48,975 nucleotides of DNA from Cyanobacteria bacterium P01_A01_bin.123 (GCA_039815185.1 JBCBZT010000056.1:1-48975), one strand, 5' to 3'; shown: positions 38,550-48,975, numbered from the stretch's first letter. Program-made: numbers and translations. The notes: generated by a model from the sequence alone, not told the origin.

Positions 38550-40178
38550 ATGTTTCTAGTTGAGTTGTTTACCAGAGCAACCCAGGGTAGGTATAAAATA
38601 CTCCACTTAACCTGGTTTGCATTTTTTCTATCATTTGTTGTTTGGTTTAACTTTCCGCCATTTGCGACCACTATTGGCCAAGAGTTTGACCTATCTCCTG
38701 CCCAGCTCGGCACCATTGGTTTGTGCAACGTGGCACTGACGGTACCGGCTCGGATCGTGATTGGCATGTTGCTGGATAAGTACGGGCCAAGGCTGACCTA
38801 TTCTTTGCTCCTAATTTACGCTGCCATCCCTTGCCTGATCTTTGCCACGGCCCAAAGTTTTAGCCAGCTGGTTTTTGGGCGTTTGCTGATGGGGATTGTT
38901 GGTGCCGGGTTTGTGATCGGCATTCGAATGACGGCCGAGTGGTTTCCACCTAAAGATGTGGGTACTGCTGAGGGCATTTATGGGGGCTGGGGTAACTTTG
39001 GCTCGGCCTTCTCTGCCTTCACGATGGTCGTGTTTGGTCTAGGGTTGGCCTTTATCCCTGGCGCATTCCAGTTCCCAGAGGCCGAAAGCTTCAAGATTTT
39101 GGTTTTCCCGGCATTCACTACCGATGTGTTGAACTGGCGGGCGGCGATCGCGGGTACAGGTATCATTGCTGCACTCTATGGCGTTCTCTATTACTTCAAC
39201 GTTTCCGATACCCCTCCTGGTAAAGTTTATCAGCGTCCTAGAAGCGTTCGCGGCATTGAAGTCACCAGCGTTAAAGATTTCTGGTTCCTGATGGCCATGA
39301 ATGTGCCCCTCACCGCTATTTTGATGGTGTTGGCATGGCGCTTGAAGAAGGTAGAGTTTTTGACCACAGGTGGCATGTGGATGGCGATCGGCTTACTCTT
39401 TGGCCTGTATCTCTTCCAGTCGTACAACTGCTGGTCTGTTAATAAGGACTTGCTCAACGGTACCAAGCGTTATCCCCCCGAGGATCGCTACAAGTTTAAG
39501 CAGGTTGCGATTCTAGAATTGACCTACATTGTCAACTTCGGCTCTGAGCTAGCGGTTGTGACCATGCTGCCCGCATTTTTTGAAGGCACCTTTGGGCTTG
39601 ACAAAGCCACTGCCGGATTAATTGCGGCCAGCTACGCCTTTATGAACCTAATGTCTCGTCCGGGTGGTGGAATCATCTCCGACCGTTTGGGTAGCCGTAA
39701 GTGGACGATGGTGGTGCTGACGGCAGGTATGGGTATTGGCTATCTGTTAATGAGCCAGGTGAATGGCAACTGGTGGCTCCCTGCCGCAGTGGCACTGACG
39801 ATGGCTTGCTCCTTCTTTGTACAATCCTCGGAAGGGTCTACCTTTGCAATTGTGCCTTTGGTGAAGCGCCGGGTTACAGGGCAAATTGCCGGTAACGTGG
39901 GTGCCTATGGCAACGTGGGAGCGGTTGCTTATCTGACGACTCGGTTGCTGCTGGTCGATTCGTCTGCCGCGGCCAATGGGGGTGAACCTGTGATGGCGGC
40001 CGTTAACTCAGGTTTCTTCCAGGTTTTGGGAACTGCGGGTTTAATTGTGGCCTTCCTTTGCATCTTTTTCTTGGAAGAGCCCCAAGGCTCTTTTGCAGAG
40101 CACCATGAGGGTGAAGAAGATTACGTGCACCCCTATCCTGAAGCGCTATCGGCAGATCAGTCGGCCCGCATGCTATAG
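38550..40178 (+). CDS. nrtP: MFS nitrate/nitrite transporter NrtP (NarK family)
   Basis: ILHLTWFAFFLSFVVWFN, GTAEGIYGGWGNFG, NFGSELAVV and GAYGNVG nitrate-signature motifs. Confidence 0.92.
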   Translation: MFLVELFTRATQGRYKILHLTWFAFFLSFVVWFNFPPFATTIGQEFDLSPAQLGTIGLCNVALTVPARIVIGMLLDKYGPRLTYSLLLIYAAIPCLIFATAQSFSQLVFGRLLMGIVGAGFVIGIRMTAEWFPPKDVGTAEGIYGGWGNFGSAFSAFTMVVFGLGLAFIPGAFQFPEAESFKILVFPAFTTDVLNWRAAIAGTGIIAALYGVLYYFNVSDTPPGKVYQRPRSVRGIEVTSVKDFWFLMAMNVPLTAILMVLAWRLKKVEFLTTGGMWMAIGLLFGLYLFQSYNCWSVNKDLLNGTKRYPPEDRYKFKQVAILELTYIVNFGSELAVVTMLPAFFEGTFGLDKATAGLIAASYAFMNLMSRPGGGIISDRLGSRKWTMVVLTAGMGIGYLLMSQVNGNWWLPAAVALTMACSFFVQSSEGSTFAIVPLVKRRVTGQIAGNVGAYGNVGAVAYLTTRLLLVDSSAAANGGEPVMAAVNSGFFQVLGTAGLIVAFLCIFFLEEPQGSFAEHHEGEEDYVHPYPEALSADQSARML

Positions 40179-40226
40179 GCCACTGCATTTAACTCTCGTA
40201 GTGATGGGTTGATTCTGTTGGTTCAT

Positions 40227-40258
40227 ATCAAGGGCATGGAGATTTCTGTGCCCTTGAT
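40227..40258 (+). other. Intergenic stem-loop between nrtP and narB
   Basis: ATCAAGGGCATGGA / TCTGTGCCCTTGAT inverted repeat; no clear U-tract. Confidence 0.6.
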
Positions 40259-40309
40259 TAGTATCTGAAATTTCTTTGCTTTACAGTCACTGGGTTTGGG
40301 ATATTGACC

Positions 40310-42535
40310 ATGACGGACTCCAATAAAACGCTTTGTCCCTATTGCGGTGTGGGTTGTGGCTTAGAGGTCTTGCCCCCGGCCCAACCCGGACGACCCGTGA
40401 ATCGGGACAAAACCGGCAATCCAATTTGGCAAGTCAAGGGCGATCGCGCCCATCCCTCTAGCAAGGGTATGGTTTGCGTTAAAGGAGCCACCATTGCCGA
40501 ATCCCTCGACAAAAATCGCCTAACCCATCCGATGATGCGCGACACTTTGGATCAACCATTTCGCCAGGTGAGTTGGGAGGAGGTGCTGACTCACATCGTG
40601 GATCGGATTCAAACCGTGCGCCAAACTCAGGGGGCTGATGCCATCTGCATGTATGGGTCGGGACAGTTTCAAACCGAAGACTATTACATTGCCCAAAAGC
40701 TGCTCAAAGGCTGCTTAGGCACCAACAATTTTGACGCCAATTCTCGCCTGTGCATGTCTTCAGCGGTGGCCGCCTATATGCAAAGTTTGGGTTCCGATGG
40801 GCCACCCTGCTGTTACGACGATTTAGAACAGACTGACTGCGCCTTTTTGATTGGCACAAACACTGCAGAATGCCATCCGATTCTTTTCAACCGCTTTCGC
40901 AAGTACCACAAAAAAAATAAACGCCGGGTCAAACTGATTGTGGTCGATCCGCGCCGCACCGAAACGGCAAAGGATGCGAATTTGCACCTGGCGATCAAAC
41001 CGGGGACTGACATTAACCTGCTGAATGGCATTGCCCATTTACTGCTAAAGCGGGGCAAAGTTGATGCTGAATTTATTGATGAATGCACCACAGGGTTTGC
41101 TGACTATGCAGCGGTGGTCGCAGACTATACACCGGAAAAGGTGGCTGAAACCTGTGGCATTCCGGTTAAAGATTTGGAAACGGCAGCGGACTGGTGGGGA
41201 ACGTCAAAACGGGTACTGTCTTTGTGGTCGATGGGCATCAACCAGTCGTCAGAGGGGACGGCCAAAGCCCGGACGTTGATCAACCTGCACTTGATGACGG
41301 GTAACATTGGCAAACCGGGGGCTGGGCCATTTTCGCTGACCGGACAACCCAATGCCATGGGCGGACGGGAAGCGGGGGGATTGGCCCACATCTTACCGGG
41401 ATATCGCCTGGTCAAAAATCCCCAGCACCGGGCGGCGGTTGAAGCAGTTTGGAAACTCCCGGCGGGCAGCATTTCACCGACACCGGGGTTGGCGGCTTGG
41501 GACATGATCCGGGGTTTGGAGCAGGGAACTGTGGGGTTGCTGTGGGTAGCGGCGACTAACCCAGCCGTCAGCATGCCCGATATTGAGCGAACCAAGGTGG
41601 CCCTGAGGCGATCGCCGTTTACGATTTGCCAAGATGCCTACTACCCTACCGAAACCGCCGAATATGCCCACGTGCTGTTACCTGCGGCCCAATGGAGCGA
41701 AAAAACCGGCATGATGACTAACTCCGAACGTACGGTCACCTACTGTCCGGCGTTTCGCCCTGCCCCTGGAGAAGCCCGCCCTGACTGGGAAATTTGGGCC
41801 GACGTGGGGCGTCGTTTGGGGTTTGTGGAGCAGTTTAGCTTTCAAAATTCTGCTGAGGTGTACGCTGAGTTTGCCCAGCTGACTCGGGAGCGACTGTGCG
41901 ATGTCAGCGGATTGAGTCACGACCGTCTTGCTAAAGCAGGACCGATTCAGTGGCCCTGCCCGCTGGATGAAACCCCAGACACGGCTGCGACCAAGCACGA
42001 CAAACGGCTTTACACTGACCTGCGGTTCTCTACCCCCAATGGCCTGGCCCGATTCACTGCTGTCCACGCTAATGGCCTGGCCGAAGTCCCTGATCCGAAT
42101 TATCCCTTTGTGATGACCAATGGTCGGCTCTATGGCCATTGGCATACCCAAAGCCGCACGGGTCACATCGAGAAAATCACGACGATGCATCCTTCGGCCT
42201 TTTTAGAAATGAGTCCCCGAGATGCCCAGCGACTCAAGCTCCAGTCGGGGAATTGGGTTGAAGTGCGATCGCGGCGGGGAACCGTTCGTCTACCGATTTT
42301 GGCTACCCAAAACATTCGCCAGGGGACGGTGTTTATGCCAATGCACTGGGGAGCGCTGTGGGCTGAGGACGCTGAGTGTAATGCAGTGACTCACCCAGCG
42401 GTTTGTCCCACCTCACTCCAGCCCGAACTGAAAGCTTGCGCGGTACAGATCGTGCCCATTCGCCCCAAACCCCATCCCGAATTGGAGGAGGCCACCCCTC
42501 AAGTCCGCGATCGCGAGGCTTTACGAACGTCCTAG
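40310..42535 (+). CDS. narB: Ferredoxin-dependent assimilatory nitrate reductase
   Basis: CPYCGVGC..C FeS motif, [26 protein letters not shown] and GRLYGHWHT motifs. Confidence 0.96.
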   Translation: MTDSNKTLCPYCGVGCGLEVLPPAQPGRPVNRDKTGNPIWQVKGDRAHPSSKGMVCVKGATIAESLDKNRLTHPMMRDTLDQPFRQVSWEEVLTHIVDRIQTVRQTQGADAICMYGSGQFQTEDYYIAQKLLKGCLGTNNFDANSRLCMSSAVAAYMQSLGSDGPPCCYDDLEQTDCAFLIGTNTAECHPILFNRFRKYHKKNKRRVKLIVVDPRRTETAKDANLHLAIKPGTDINLLNGIAHLLLKRGKVDAEFIDECTTGFADYAAVVADYTPEKVAETCGIPVKDLETAADWWGTSKRVLSLWSMGINQSSEGTAKARTLINLHLMTGNIGKPGAGPFSLTGQPNAMGGREAGGLAHILPGYRLVKNPQHRAAVEAVWKLPAGSISPTPGLAAWDMIRGLEQGTVGLLWVAATNPAVSMPDIERTKVALRRSPFTICQDAYYPTETAEYAHVLLPAAQWSEKTGMMTNSERTVTYCPAFRPAPGEARPDWEIWADVGRRLGFVEQFSFQNSAEVYAEFAQLTRERLCDVSGLSHDRLAKAGPIQWPCPLDETPDTAATKHDKRLYTDLRFSTPNGLARFTAVHANGLAEVPDPNYPFVMTNGRLYGHWHTQSRTGHIEKITTMHPSAFLEMSPRDAQRLKLQSGNWVEVRSRRGTVRLPILATQNIRQGTVFMPMHWGALWAEDAECNAVTHPAVCPTSLQPELKACAVQIVPIRPKPHPELEEATPQVRDREALRTS

Positions 42536-42544
42536 CCATCCACT

Positions 42545-43057
42545 ATGCTCTCAGCATCCCCTTTACGCTGGTCTAGAATCCGCATGGTTGCTTTGCTGAG
42601 AAGACTCACCCGTTCCTTGTGTCGCAATACTAGGGATGCGATATTCCTTAAGCGACTGGGGCAAATGGAGAGCATCGTCTCGAAAGTGCTTTCGGTCGCC
42701 ATGGTTTTGGTGATTATGGTGACGGTGGTTGATCTCGGCATTGTGCTTTATCGCAGCCTCTTTGACCCTGATACGGTGGGCTTTTTCAGCACCACTCTGA
42801 CTGAAATTTTTGGCCTATTCCTCAGCGTCCTAATCGCCCTAGAAATTTTAGAAAATATCACGGCATACATCCGCAAACATGTGGTGCAGGTGGAGTTGGT
42901 AATTGCCACAGCCCTCACCGCTGTCGGGCGTAAGCTGATCATCTTAGATCTAGAAAAAGTCCCTGGGTTGAGCTTGATTGGTCTGGCGATCGCGATCTTT
43001 TCACTCTCTATAAGTTACTGGATTGTACGTCGAAGTCATCGAGGGATGATTGACTGA
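42545..43057 (+). CDS. PsiE-family membrane protein
   Basis: FGLFLSVLIALEILENIT and VIATALTAVGRKLIILD motifs; start may be at 42584. Confidence 0.8.
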   Translation: MLSASPLRWSRIRMVALLRRLTRSLCRNTRDAIFLKRLGQMESIVSKVLSVAMVLVIMVTVVDLGIVLYRSLFDPDTVGFFSTTLTEIFGLFLSVLIALEILENITAYIRKHVVQVELVIATALTAVGRKLIILDLEKVPGLSLIGLAIAIFSLSISYWIVRRSHRGMID

Positions 43058-43155
43058 GGGGGCGGAGGATCAAAAGAGTGGGGCGAACAAGGTATAGGAC
43101 GTCAAATGTTCTCGTCTATACTGGCTAACGGAGTAAAATTTCTGAGGGAAACGTA

Positions 43156-43719
43156 GTGCTAAATCCTTCACGCTGGACAAATGCAGGTCTGACTTTAACC
43201 GCCTTACTCATAACCTTGGTCACATTTGGTAGTGAAGCCGCAATCGCAGATCAACACACCAATGCTGAATCTCCTGAACCCATCGAGTCAACTGAAATGC
43301 CCCAAGGATTAATTATTTTAGAGAGCCCCTACAGCGTTGAAGAAACTGCTACACGTTTGCAAACCCTGCTAGGGAATAACGGTATCACCGTATTTGCCGA
43401 AATTGATCACGCGGCTGGTGCGGCTGGTGTTGATCTCACCCTGCTGCCGACCCAGGTCATTATTTTTGGCAATCCGCTTGTCGGGACGCCGCTGATGCAG
43501 TGCAGCCAATCCGTTGCCATCGACTTGCCCCAAAAAGCACTGATTTGGCAAGACGACGTGGGACAAGTTTATCTGGGCTACAACGATCCGCGCTATCTTG
43601 CCGAACGTCATAACCTAGTGGATTGTGAAGAGGCGATCGCCCGCGTAGAAGGGGCCCTAGGACGCATCAGCCAGGCAGCGGTTGGGCCTGATGTCATTGA
43701 AGCTGCTCCCCCAGAATAA
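43156..43719 (+). CDS. DUF302 domain exported protein
   Basis: SPYSVEET, FAEIDH, IFGNP..GTPLMQC and IDLPQKAL motifs; signal-like N-terminus. Confidence 0.88.
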   Translation: MLNPSRWTNAGLTLTALLITLVTFGSEAAIADQHTNAESPEPIESTEMPQGLIILESPYSVEETATRLQTLLGNNGITVFAEIDHAAGAAGVDLTLLPTQVIIFGNPLVGTPLMQCSQSVAIDLPQKALIWQDDVGQVYLGYNDPRYLAERHNLVDCEEAIARVEGALGRISQAAVGPDVIEAAPPE

Positions 43720-43722
43720 GGA

Positions 43723-44529
43723 TTAGTGCATCCGAAACTGGCGGAAATCTTCGTCGCGATCGCTCAACTTAACCCATGCTAAATCTAAGGATTGAAATTT
43801 TTCAGCCAAACGCTGACAGGCAGGACGTTCTGTAGCGTAATGTCCGGCGTCGATCAACACGATGCCGCGATCGCGGCCTTCCTGAAACTGATGAAATTTA
43901 CAGTCTGAGGTGAGATAGGCTTGGGCACCCGTGCGGGCTACATCTGCTAAAAAACTCGCGCCTGAGCCCCCCAACACGGCTACCCGTTCAATGGTTTGCT
44001 GCAAGTCGGCGGCTGGGGAAAAGATCAAATCGGGGGGTGACAGCGCTGTTTGAATATCTTTGAGCAAATAGTCCAGCGATCGCGGTGTTGGTAAATGACC
44101 GACGCGACCATAGCCCAGCCCATCTTGAGTGGCCACGACAGGTTCTGGCTGTTGTAAATCCAGCAGTTGGGCCAACATATCTGCCGTGCCGTCTTGGACC
44201 TGATCAAAATTGGTGTGGGCGCTGTAGACTCCAATGCCGTGGGTGATGCTCAGGCGAATCATGTCGCCGATGCCGTCGCCGGTTTGCACTGATTTCAATG
44301 GGTTAAAGATCAGAGGATGGTGGGCAAAAATTAAGTTGACTGGGGTGCCCTGCTGCTTAAGCGCGATCGCTTCTGCCATCACAGCCAAGGTCGGGGTTAA
44401 ACAGACTAGCACCCCGGCGGGTTGACCTAACACCCCCGGCTGAATCTGCCAACCGCAGTTGTCCCACTTTTCTTGCCAGATAGGGGGAGCCCAGGCTTCA
44501 AACCAGCGAATCAGTTCTGAAATTTGCAT
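43723..44529 (-). CDS. Nif3-like dinuclear metal centre protein
   Basis: WDNCG, AHHPLIF, SAHTNFD, TSDCKFH and DAGHYATE motifs; start set at MQISEL. Confidence 0.92.
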   Translation of the reverse strand: MQISELIRWFEAWAPPIWQEKWDNCGWQIQPGVLGQPAGVLVCLTPTLAVMAEAIALKQQGTPVNLIFAHHPLIFNPLKSVQTGDGIGDMIRLSITHGIGVYSAHTNFDQVQDGTADMLAQLLDLQQPEPVVATQDGLGYGRVGHLPTPRSLDYLLKDIQTALSPPDLIFSPAADLQQTIERVAVLGGSGASFLADVARTGAQAYLTSDCKFHQFQEGRDRGIVLIDAGHYATERPACQRLAEKFQSLDLAWVKLSDRDEDFRQFRMH

Positions 44530-44621
44530 GGCCATTTGCACCTCGTCCACATACAGATCCACAGTTTTCCCTATCAGGGGCGTAGGGCCTTGCGTCCTCA
44601 AGTTTTTCAATCGGATGGGGG

Positions 44622-44828
44622 CTAGCCATCATCCTCAAGCTGGATAGCTTGCATGATTTGCAGCACGTCAATTTTCGTGCCGTCTTGCTCAGTTGCCATG
44701 GCGATCGCTTTGTAGGCTGTTAGATAAGCCGTCAGCAAATCCCCTGAGGAGCGACGGGCGATCTCATAGGCGATCGCCATCGCCGCGACTTTGGGTTCTT
44801 TGGTAGCAGGCACAATTTGTTCAGGCAT
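44622..44828 (-). CDS. Small hypothetical protein (68 aa)
   Basis: ATG-started ORF filling the gap between Uma2 and Nif3 on the same strand; helical composition. Confidence 0.5.
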   Translation of the reverse strand: MPEQIVPATKEPKVAAMAIAYEIARRSSGDLLTAYLTAYKAIAMATEQDGTKIDVLQIMQAIQLEDDG

Positions 44829-44856
44829 AGGCGTTGGAAAGACTAGGGTCTGATGT

Positions 44857-45432
44857 CTAAGTACCGAAATAATCTTGCACAGTATTGGTGCAGTTTGGGA
44901 ACGCTAGGGGACTCACAGACTGTTGGGCACGTAAAATTAGCTGACATTGATAGCCATCAGCTTGGGGTTCTCGGAAAATATGGAGCTGTTGTGTGGTGAT
45001 GCTAAAGACCCAATAATCTGCGATTCCCCCTGCGGCATAGAGATTAGCTTTGATTCCTAGATCATGGCTCAAGGTCGTATCGGCAACTTCAATGAGCAGA
45101 TAGACTGCAGCAGGCGTGGGGTGTCCCTCAGCATAAAAATTGAGCTTAGGATAGACTACTGCAATGTCAGGTTCTGGCTCTGAGAATTCATCGAGCTGGA
45201 TGGGATCTTGCAGGCGGACAAGGATTCGGTCACCCAAACGGTGCTCTAGCAATTTTTCGATCCGTTTGCACAGTGCGCTATGGGCAGGGCCTTTACGCAT
45301 TTTTTGAATAATTTGTCCGGCAATCAGTTCTACCTGTTCATCTGCCGTCAGAATACCGACCTCTGCCATTCGATGATAATCGGCAGCGGTAATTAGGCGA
45401 AGATCGGTTGGCGGAAAGGCCGTAGTGGGCAT
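44857..45432 (-). CDS. Uma2/DUF820 family putative endonuclease
   Basis: YHRM..G.L, VELIAGQI, SEPEPDIAV, LLIEVADT and K..LYA..GIADYW motifs. Confidence 0.93.
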   Translation of the reverse strand: MPTTAFPPTDLRLITAADYHRMAEVGILTADEQVELIAGQIIQKMRKGPAHSALCKRIEKLLEHRLGDRILVRLQDPIQLDEFSEPEPDIAVVYPKLNFYAEGHPTPAAVYLLIEVADTTLSHDLGIKANLYAAGGIADYWVFSITTQQLHIFREPQADGYQCQLILRAQQSVSPLAFPNCTNTVQDYFGT

Positions 45433-45463
45433 GGGTATGATGTCGCGTAAGCGCTACGCTAAG

Positions 45464-45570
45464 TATATCGTTTTGACCAGATTGCCTAAAGCACCGAGCA
45501 TTGCTGGGATGCTCAGCGCCCCAGTAATCTGGCCCGCAGCCGTGCACAAAGCATTGTGGCAATTGCTCGT
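45464..45570 (+). repeat. Structured dispersed repeat, copy 3 (inverted, more diverged)
   Basis: CCAGATTGC..GAGCATTGCTGGGATGCTC..GTAATCTGG..GCACAAAGCATTGTGGC is the reverse-complement homologue of 7164-7270 and 10604-10709. Confidence 0.85.
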
Positions 45571-45597
45571 TTTTCCTAATCCCTATGATTCGCCCCT

Positions 45598-46572
45598 ATG
45601 ATTCGTGTTGAGCATCTGAGTAAAACCTATCCCGTTGCGGTTAAAGAACCGGGTATAGGGGGCACTCTGCGCCATTTCTTTCGGCGCACCTATCGATCCA
45701 TCGATGCCGTGCGTCAGGTGTCTTTTCAAATTGAGCCCGGGGAAGTCGTGGGATTCTTGGGGCCTAATGGCGCAGGTAAAACCACCACATTGAAAATGCT
45801 CACAGGGTTGATCCATCCCAGTGGCGGCCAAGTCCAGGTGGCGGGCTACACACCCTTTGAACGCAAGCCTGACTTTTTGCAGAAAATCACCCTGGTAATG
45901 GGGCAAAAACAGCAGCTTTTGTGGGATTTACCCGCCCTCGATTCGCTCAAGATTAACGCTGCTATTTACGGCATTAGCGATAAAGAATTTCGTTATCGGG
46001 TTGCGGAACTGGCAGAGATGCTAACGCTCAAAGACAAGTTGACTCAGCCCGTACGCAAACTGTCTTTGGGGGAGCGGATGAAGGCAGAAATGCTAGCAGC
46101 ACTGCTGCACCGTCCCACCGTGTTGTTTCTAGATGAACCGACCCTGGGATTAGATGTCAATGCCCAGGTGGCCGTGCGAGAATTTTTGAAGTTATACAAC
46201 CAGCGTTATCAAGCAACGGTGCTGCTTACCAGTCACTACATGGCCGATATTACGGCGCTGTCTGAGCGAGTGTTGCTGATCTATCAAGGAGAGTTAATTT
46301 ACGATGGGAGTCTAGACGGGTTACTCGATCGCTTCGCCCCCTATCGAGAAGTGAAGCTTGAGTTGGATTGCGACGTGACCGCTGCCGATTTAGTGCGTTA
46401 TGGTGAGGTAGAAACCGTGGCGGGCTGTACGGCCAGTCTGATTGTACGACGAGAGGCGCTGACTCAAACAGTAACCAAAATTTTGGCCGAACAACAGGTG
46501 AAAGACCTCACCGTCACCGATCCACCGATTGAAGAAGTGATTGGCCGAGTGTTTCAGTCGGGTCGAGTGTAG
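45598..46572 (+). CDS. ABC-2-type transporter ATP-binding protein
   Basis: GPNGAGKTT, MGQKQQLLWDLP, LSLGERMK and FLDEPT motifs. Confidence 0.93.
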   Translation: MIRVEHLSKTYPVAVKEPGIGGTLRHFFRRTYRSIDAVRQVSFQIEPGEVVGFLGPNGAGKTTTLKMLTGLIHPSGGQVQVAGYTPFERKPDFLQKITLVMGQKQQLLWDLPALDSLKINAAIYGISDKEFRYRVAELAEMLTLKDKLTQPVRKLSLGERMKAEMLAALLHRPTVLFLDEPTLGLDVNAQVAVREFLKLYNQRYQATVLLTSHYMADITALSERVLLIYQGELIYDGSLDGLLDRFAPYREVKLELDCDVTAADLVRYGEVETVAGCTASLIVRREALTQTVTKILAEQQVKDLTVTDPPIEEVIGRVFQSGRV

Positions 46573-47429
46573 CCTGTTTCGCCTAAAAAGGTTTGCAGTT
46601 GGGTGAAAAATTCTTCGCGATCGCGCCGTTGATAAGCTGCCTGTACGCGCTGCCAACCATCCTCTTGTTGATCTAATAGATATTTATCTGCTAAGTAGGC
46701 CGCTAAAATAGCCCTTTCATAATCTTGATAGGGATAGTCCTCGGCGGTGCTATAAGGAATGTCGAACACCTCACCGTTACGTAACTCGGTATATTCTTGC
46801 CAGTGGCTGTAAGCGTCGCTATAAACAAGCTCGGGGAATTCTCGAGTTACGTTTTGCATTTGCCCGTCTTGATAGCGCCAGATCGCGATGGGATAGCGCG
46901 ACGCGGCGTAGGGAGCAAAAGCATAGGCAAAGTTATCGTCTCGGCTGGTAAATTCTGAGATGCCGTCTTCGTCGAGATCAATGAGTTGATAGCCGCCGTT
47001 GCCCCAGAAATGTTCAATGGGTACATAGGTTTCCTGGCCATCTCGATAGCTATAAATTAAGGAACTAAAGCAGCAATGGGCACCCCCTGAATACAAGTCC
47101 AGCAGGACTTCCGGTTCATCATTGCGATCGAGCTGGGTGACGGCTAGTGCAGAGGGTTGGCAAAAGCCCAAGTCGTCCATGCCCTGCTCAGACATTGGCC
47201 CATCTAGAAGGGTTTCCCCTTGGCGCGAAATTTGCAGTTGAGGATTTTCAAGGCAAAAGTCGCCACGATCGGCATCAAAGGCAGCAAAAACTGTATCGAG
47301 TCGGGCAGTTATGGGCATATCGTCAGCAGGTTGGGCGATCGCGTTAAGTCGTTCTGACAGCATGGCGCTTAAACCTGCAACGATCGCGATCGCGGTCGAA
47401 ATTCCTACACCTACAGATAGCTTTGCCAT
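46554..47429 (-). CDS. Exported hypothetical protein with GGAHCC and DxDxDG motifs
   Basis: N-terminal hydrophobic segment, YSGGAHCCF, DLDEDGISEF; 291 aa. Confidence 0.7.
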   Translation of the reverse strand: MAKLSVGVGISTAIAIVAGLSAMLSERLNAIAQPADDMPITARLDTVFAAFDADRGDFCLENPQLQISRQGETLLDGPMSEQGMDDLGFCQPSALAVTQLDRNDEPEVLLDLYSGGAHCCFSSLIYSYRDGQETYVPIEHFWGNGGYQLIDLDEDGISEFTSRDDNFAYAFAPYAASRYPIAIWRYQDGQMQNVTREFPELVYSDAYSHWQEYTELRNGEVFDIPYSTAEDYPYQDYERAILAAYLADKYLLDQQEDGWQRVQAAYQRRDREEFFTQLQTFLGETGYTRPD

Positions 47430-47513
47430 AACGCCGTCTTTATCCTACAGACCCAATCTGCTTTTCATTACAACGGCAAGATTCCCAATTCCGCAATGTT
47501 AGTAGGCAACTTT

Positions 47514-47545
47514 AAAGATTGGTGGAGCAAAAGATTGGTGAAGCA
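47514..47545. repeat. 16-bp tandem duplication
   Basis: AAAGATTGGTGGAGCA / AAAGATTGGTGAAGCA. Confidence 0.75.
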
Positions 47546-47689
47546 GACCTCAGTGAGAGTAGCTATCGACATTTTGCTTGAGGTTTACATCAGGCTTGTC
47601 GGTTGCTGCATTGGTTTTTGAGCAGAGCTGAGACACTTCATCCATCCTTCTTACGAACTACCCTAAAGTTATTTGTTCATAAGCCCTTA

Positions 47690-48601
47690 CTAGAGCTCGG
47701 GTTCCACAACGCTTCCGGTTGGATGCTTGAGAGATTCGGGTAAAAGTGGAAATCCTAATACTTCCCTCTGTGCGAGATAAACCTGTGCCACTCTACGGGC
47801 TAATGTTCTTACTTGGCGGATATAGCGAGTCCGCTCCGTTACTGAAATGACCCCCCGGGCATCCAATAGGTTGAAAGTGTGGGAGCACTTCAGCACATAA
47901 TCATAGGCAGGCAGCACTAATCCTTGTTCCATCAGCGCTTCCGCTTCCTGCTGATAGAGCGTGAACAGTGTAAACAGCATTTTGGGGTTAGAGGCCTCGA
48001 AGTTGTAAGTGGAATGTTCTACCTCCCCTTGGAGAAATACATCACCATAGGTTAGAGTCTCGTTCCACTGAATCTTGGCGATCGCGTCAACTTCCTGCAA
48101 ATACATCGTCAATCGCTCTAAGCCGTAGGTCAGCTCAATCGAGACTGGATGGCAATCAATCCCACCACACTGCTGAAAATAGGTGAATTGGGTAATCTCC
48201 ATGCCGTCGAGCCAAACCTCCCAACCTACACCCCAAGCACCCACTGCCGCATCTTCCCAATTATCTTCCACAAACCGAATATCATGATCCTCAGGGCGAA
48301 TCCCCAGCGATCTCAGCGAATCCAGATATACATCTTGGATGTCTTCAGGAGAAGGCTTGATCAAGACTTGGTATTGATAATAATGCTGATAGCGATTGGG
48401 ATTTTCGCCATAACGCCCATCTGCAGGTCTTCGACAAGGCTCCACATAGGCTACCGACCAGGGCTCTGGTCCTAACGCTCTTAAAAAGGTGTGTGGACTT
48501 TTTGTGCCTGCTCCCTTCTCAGTATCGTAGGGCTGGACTATCAAACAGCCTCGATCCGCCCAAAACTGATGCAGCGTTGCAATCACAGATTGAAAGTTCA
48601 C
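47690..48601 (-). CDS. glyQ: Glycine-tRNA ligase alpha subunit
   Basis: [37 protein letters not shown] and ELTYGLERL motifs. Confidence 0.97.
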   Translation of the reverse strand: MNFQSVIATLHQFWADRGCLIVQPYDTEKGAGTKSPHTFLRALGPEPWSVAYVEPCRRPADGRYGENPNRYQHYYQYQVLIKPSPEDIQDVYLDSLRSLGIRPEDHDIRFVEDNWEDAAVGAWGVGWEVWLDGMEITQFTYFQQCGGIDCHPVSIELTYGLERLTMYLQEVDAIAKIQWNETLTYGDVFLQGEVEHSTYNFEASNPKMLFTLFTLYQQEAEALMEQGLVLPAYDYVLKCSHTFNLLDARGVISVTERTRYIRQVRTLARRVAQVYLAQREVLGFPLLPESLKHPTGSVVEPEL

Positions 48602-48878
48602 GCGCTACCTTCCCCACAGTCACTGTTACTACTCAACGAAAACCATTCTCTCCTGAATGAGCCTGAATAGCATCCTGCAAGTATGAACAACCCTATAACT
48701 GCAATTACTCCATGGGATCAGCTGAAAAGCTCAGGAAACTGAATATCTAGGACAAATGAATTATTTAAGAAGGACACCGATTGAAATTTAGAAAACTCAG
48801 CAGCAGCAGCCCCATGACGCCCAAAAAAGCCCTGAGACGACTGACTTGTAAGAGTCTTAGAGGCTTCAAACGAATTTC

Positions 48879-48975
48879 TTGACAGGGTTAGATAGCTTAG
48901 ATATATTAGTAAAGCGCCTGAAGCGGGGGGCACGAAATGTGACCCTGACGGAGGGCCTAGAACCTAGATAATTCA
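48879..48975 (+). promoter_or_regulatory. Strong sigma70-type promoter and boxA-like leader, probably of an rRNA operon
   Basis: TTGACA (48879-48884), 17 nt spacer, TATATT (48902-48907); GAACCTAGATAA (48960-48971) resembles cyanobacterial rrn boxA. Confidence 0.7.

Noticed and set aside
48718..48933. 71-aa minus-strand ORF
   Set aside because: Overlaps the putative rrn promoter and has no protein-like features.

Overview
Cyanobacterial chromosomal segment. HIP1 octamers (GCGATCGC) are frequent, NtcA/NtcB promoters are recognisable and gene order is cyanobacterial; the use of nrtP suggests, but does not prove, a saline or marine lineage. The left ~11 kb is an accessory patchwork. It holds an AT-rich 2TM-STAND NTPase-TPR (NLR/Avs-like) gene running off the left edge and missed by the ORF track, a yqiJ/yqiK (NfeD-like/flotillin) pair, and a displaced, frameshifted second flotillin 3' end that brackets a ybdK-type ligase. 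It also holds a SecD-like fragment, a BASS symporter, and a PadR gene coupled to a fused, heme-ligand-deficient cytochrome b6-like protein. The middle carries a P-type ATPase, a PPC-TPR-CHAT protease, pirin/GST, DUF502-nusB-ftsY and a DXCF cyanobacteriochrome histidine kinase. A ~16 kb nitrogen cluster follows: a 2OG-Fe(II) oxygenase, an NtcA-promoter-driven Liv-type ABC transporter, cnaT-ntcB-nirB and nirA-nrtP-narB. The right end has Nif3, Uma2, an ABC ATPase, glyQ and what looks like the promoter/leader of an rRNA operon. A ~106-bp structured repeat (TATAGC...GCTATA) occurs three times, always in the same orientation just upstream of a gene start. No CRISPR array, tRNA or transposase was seen.
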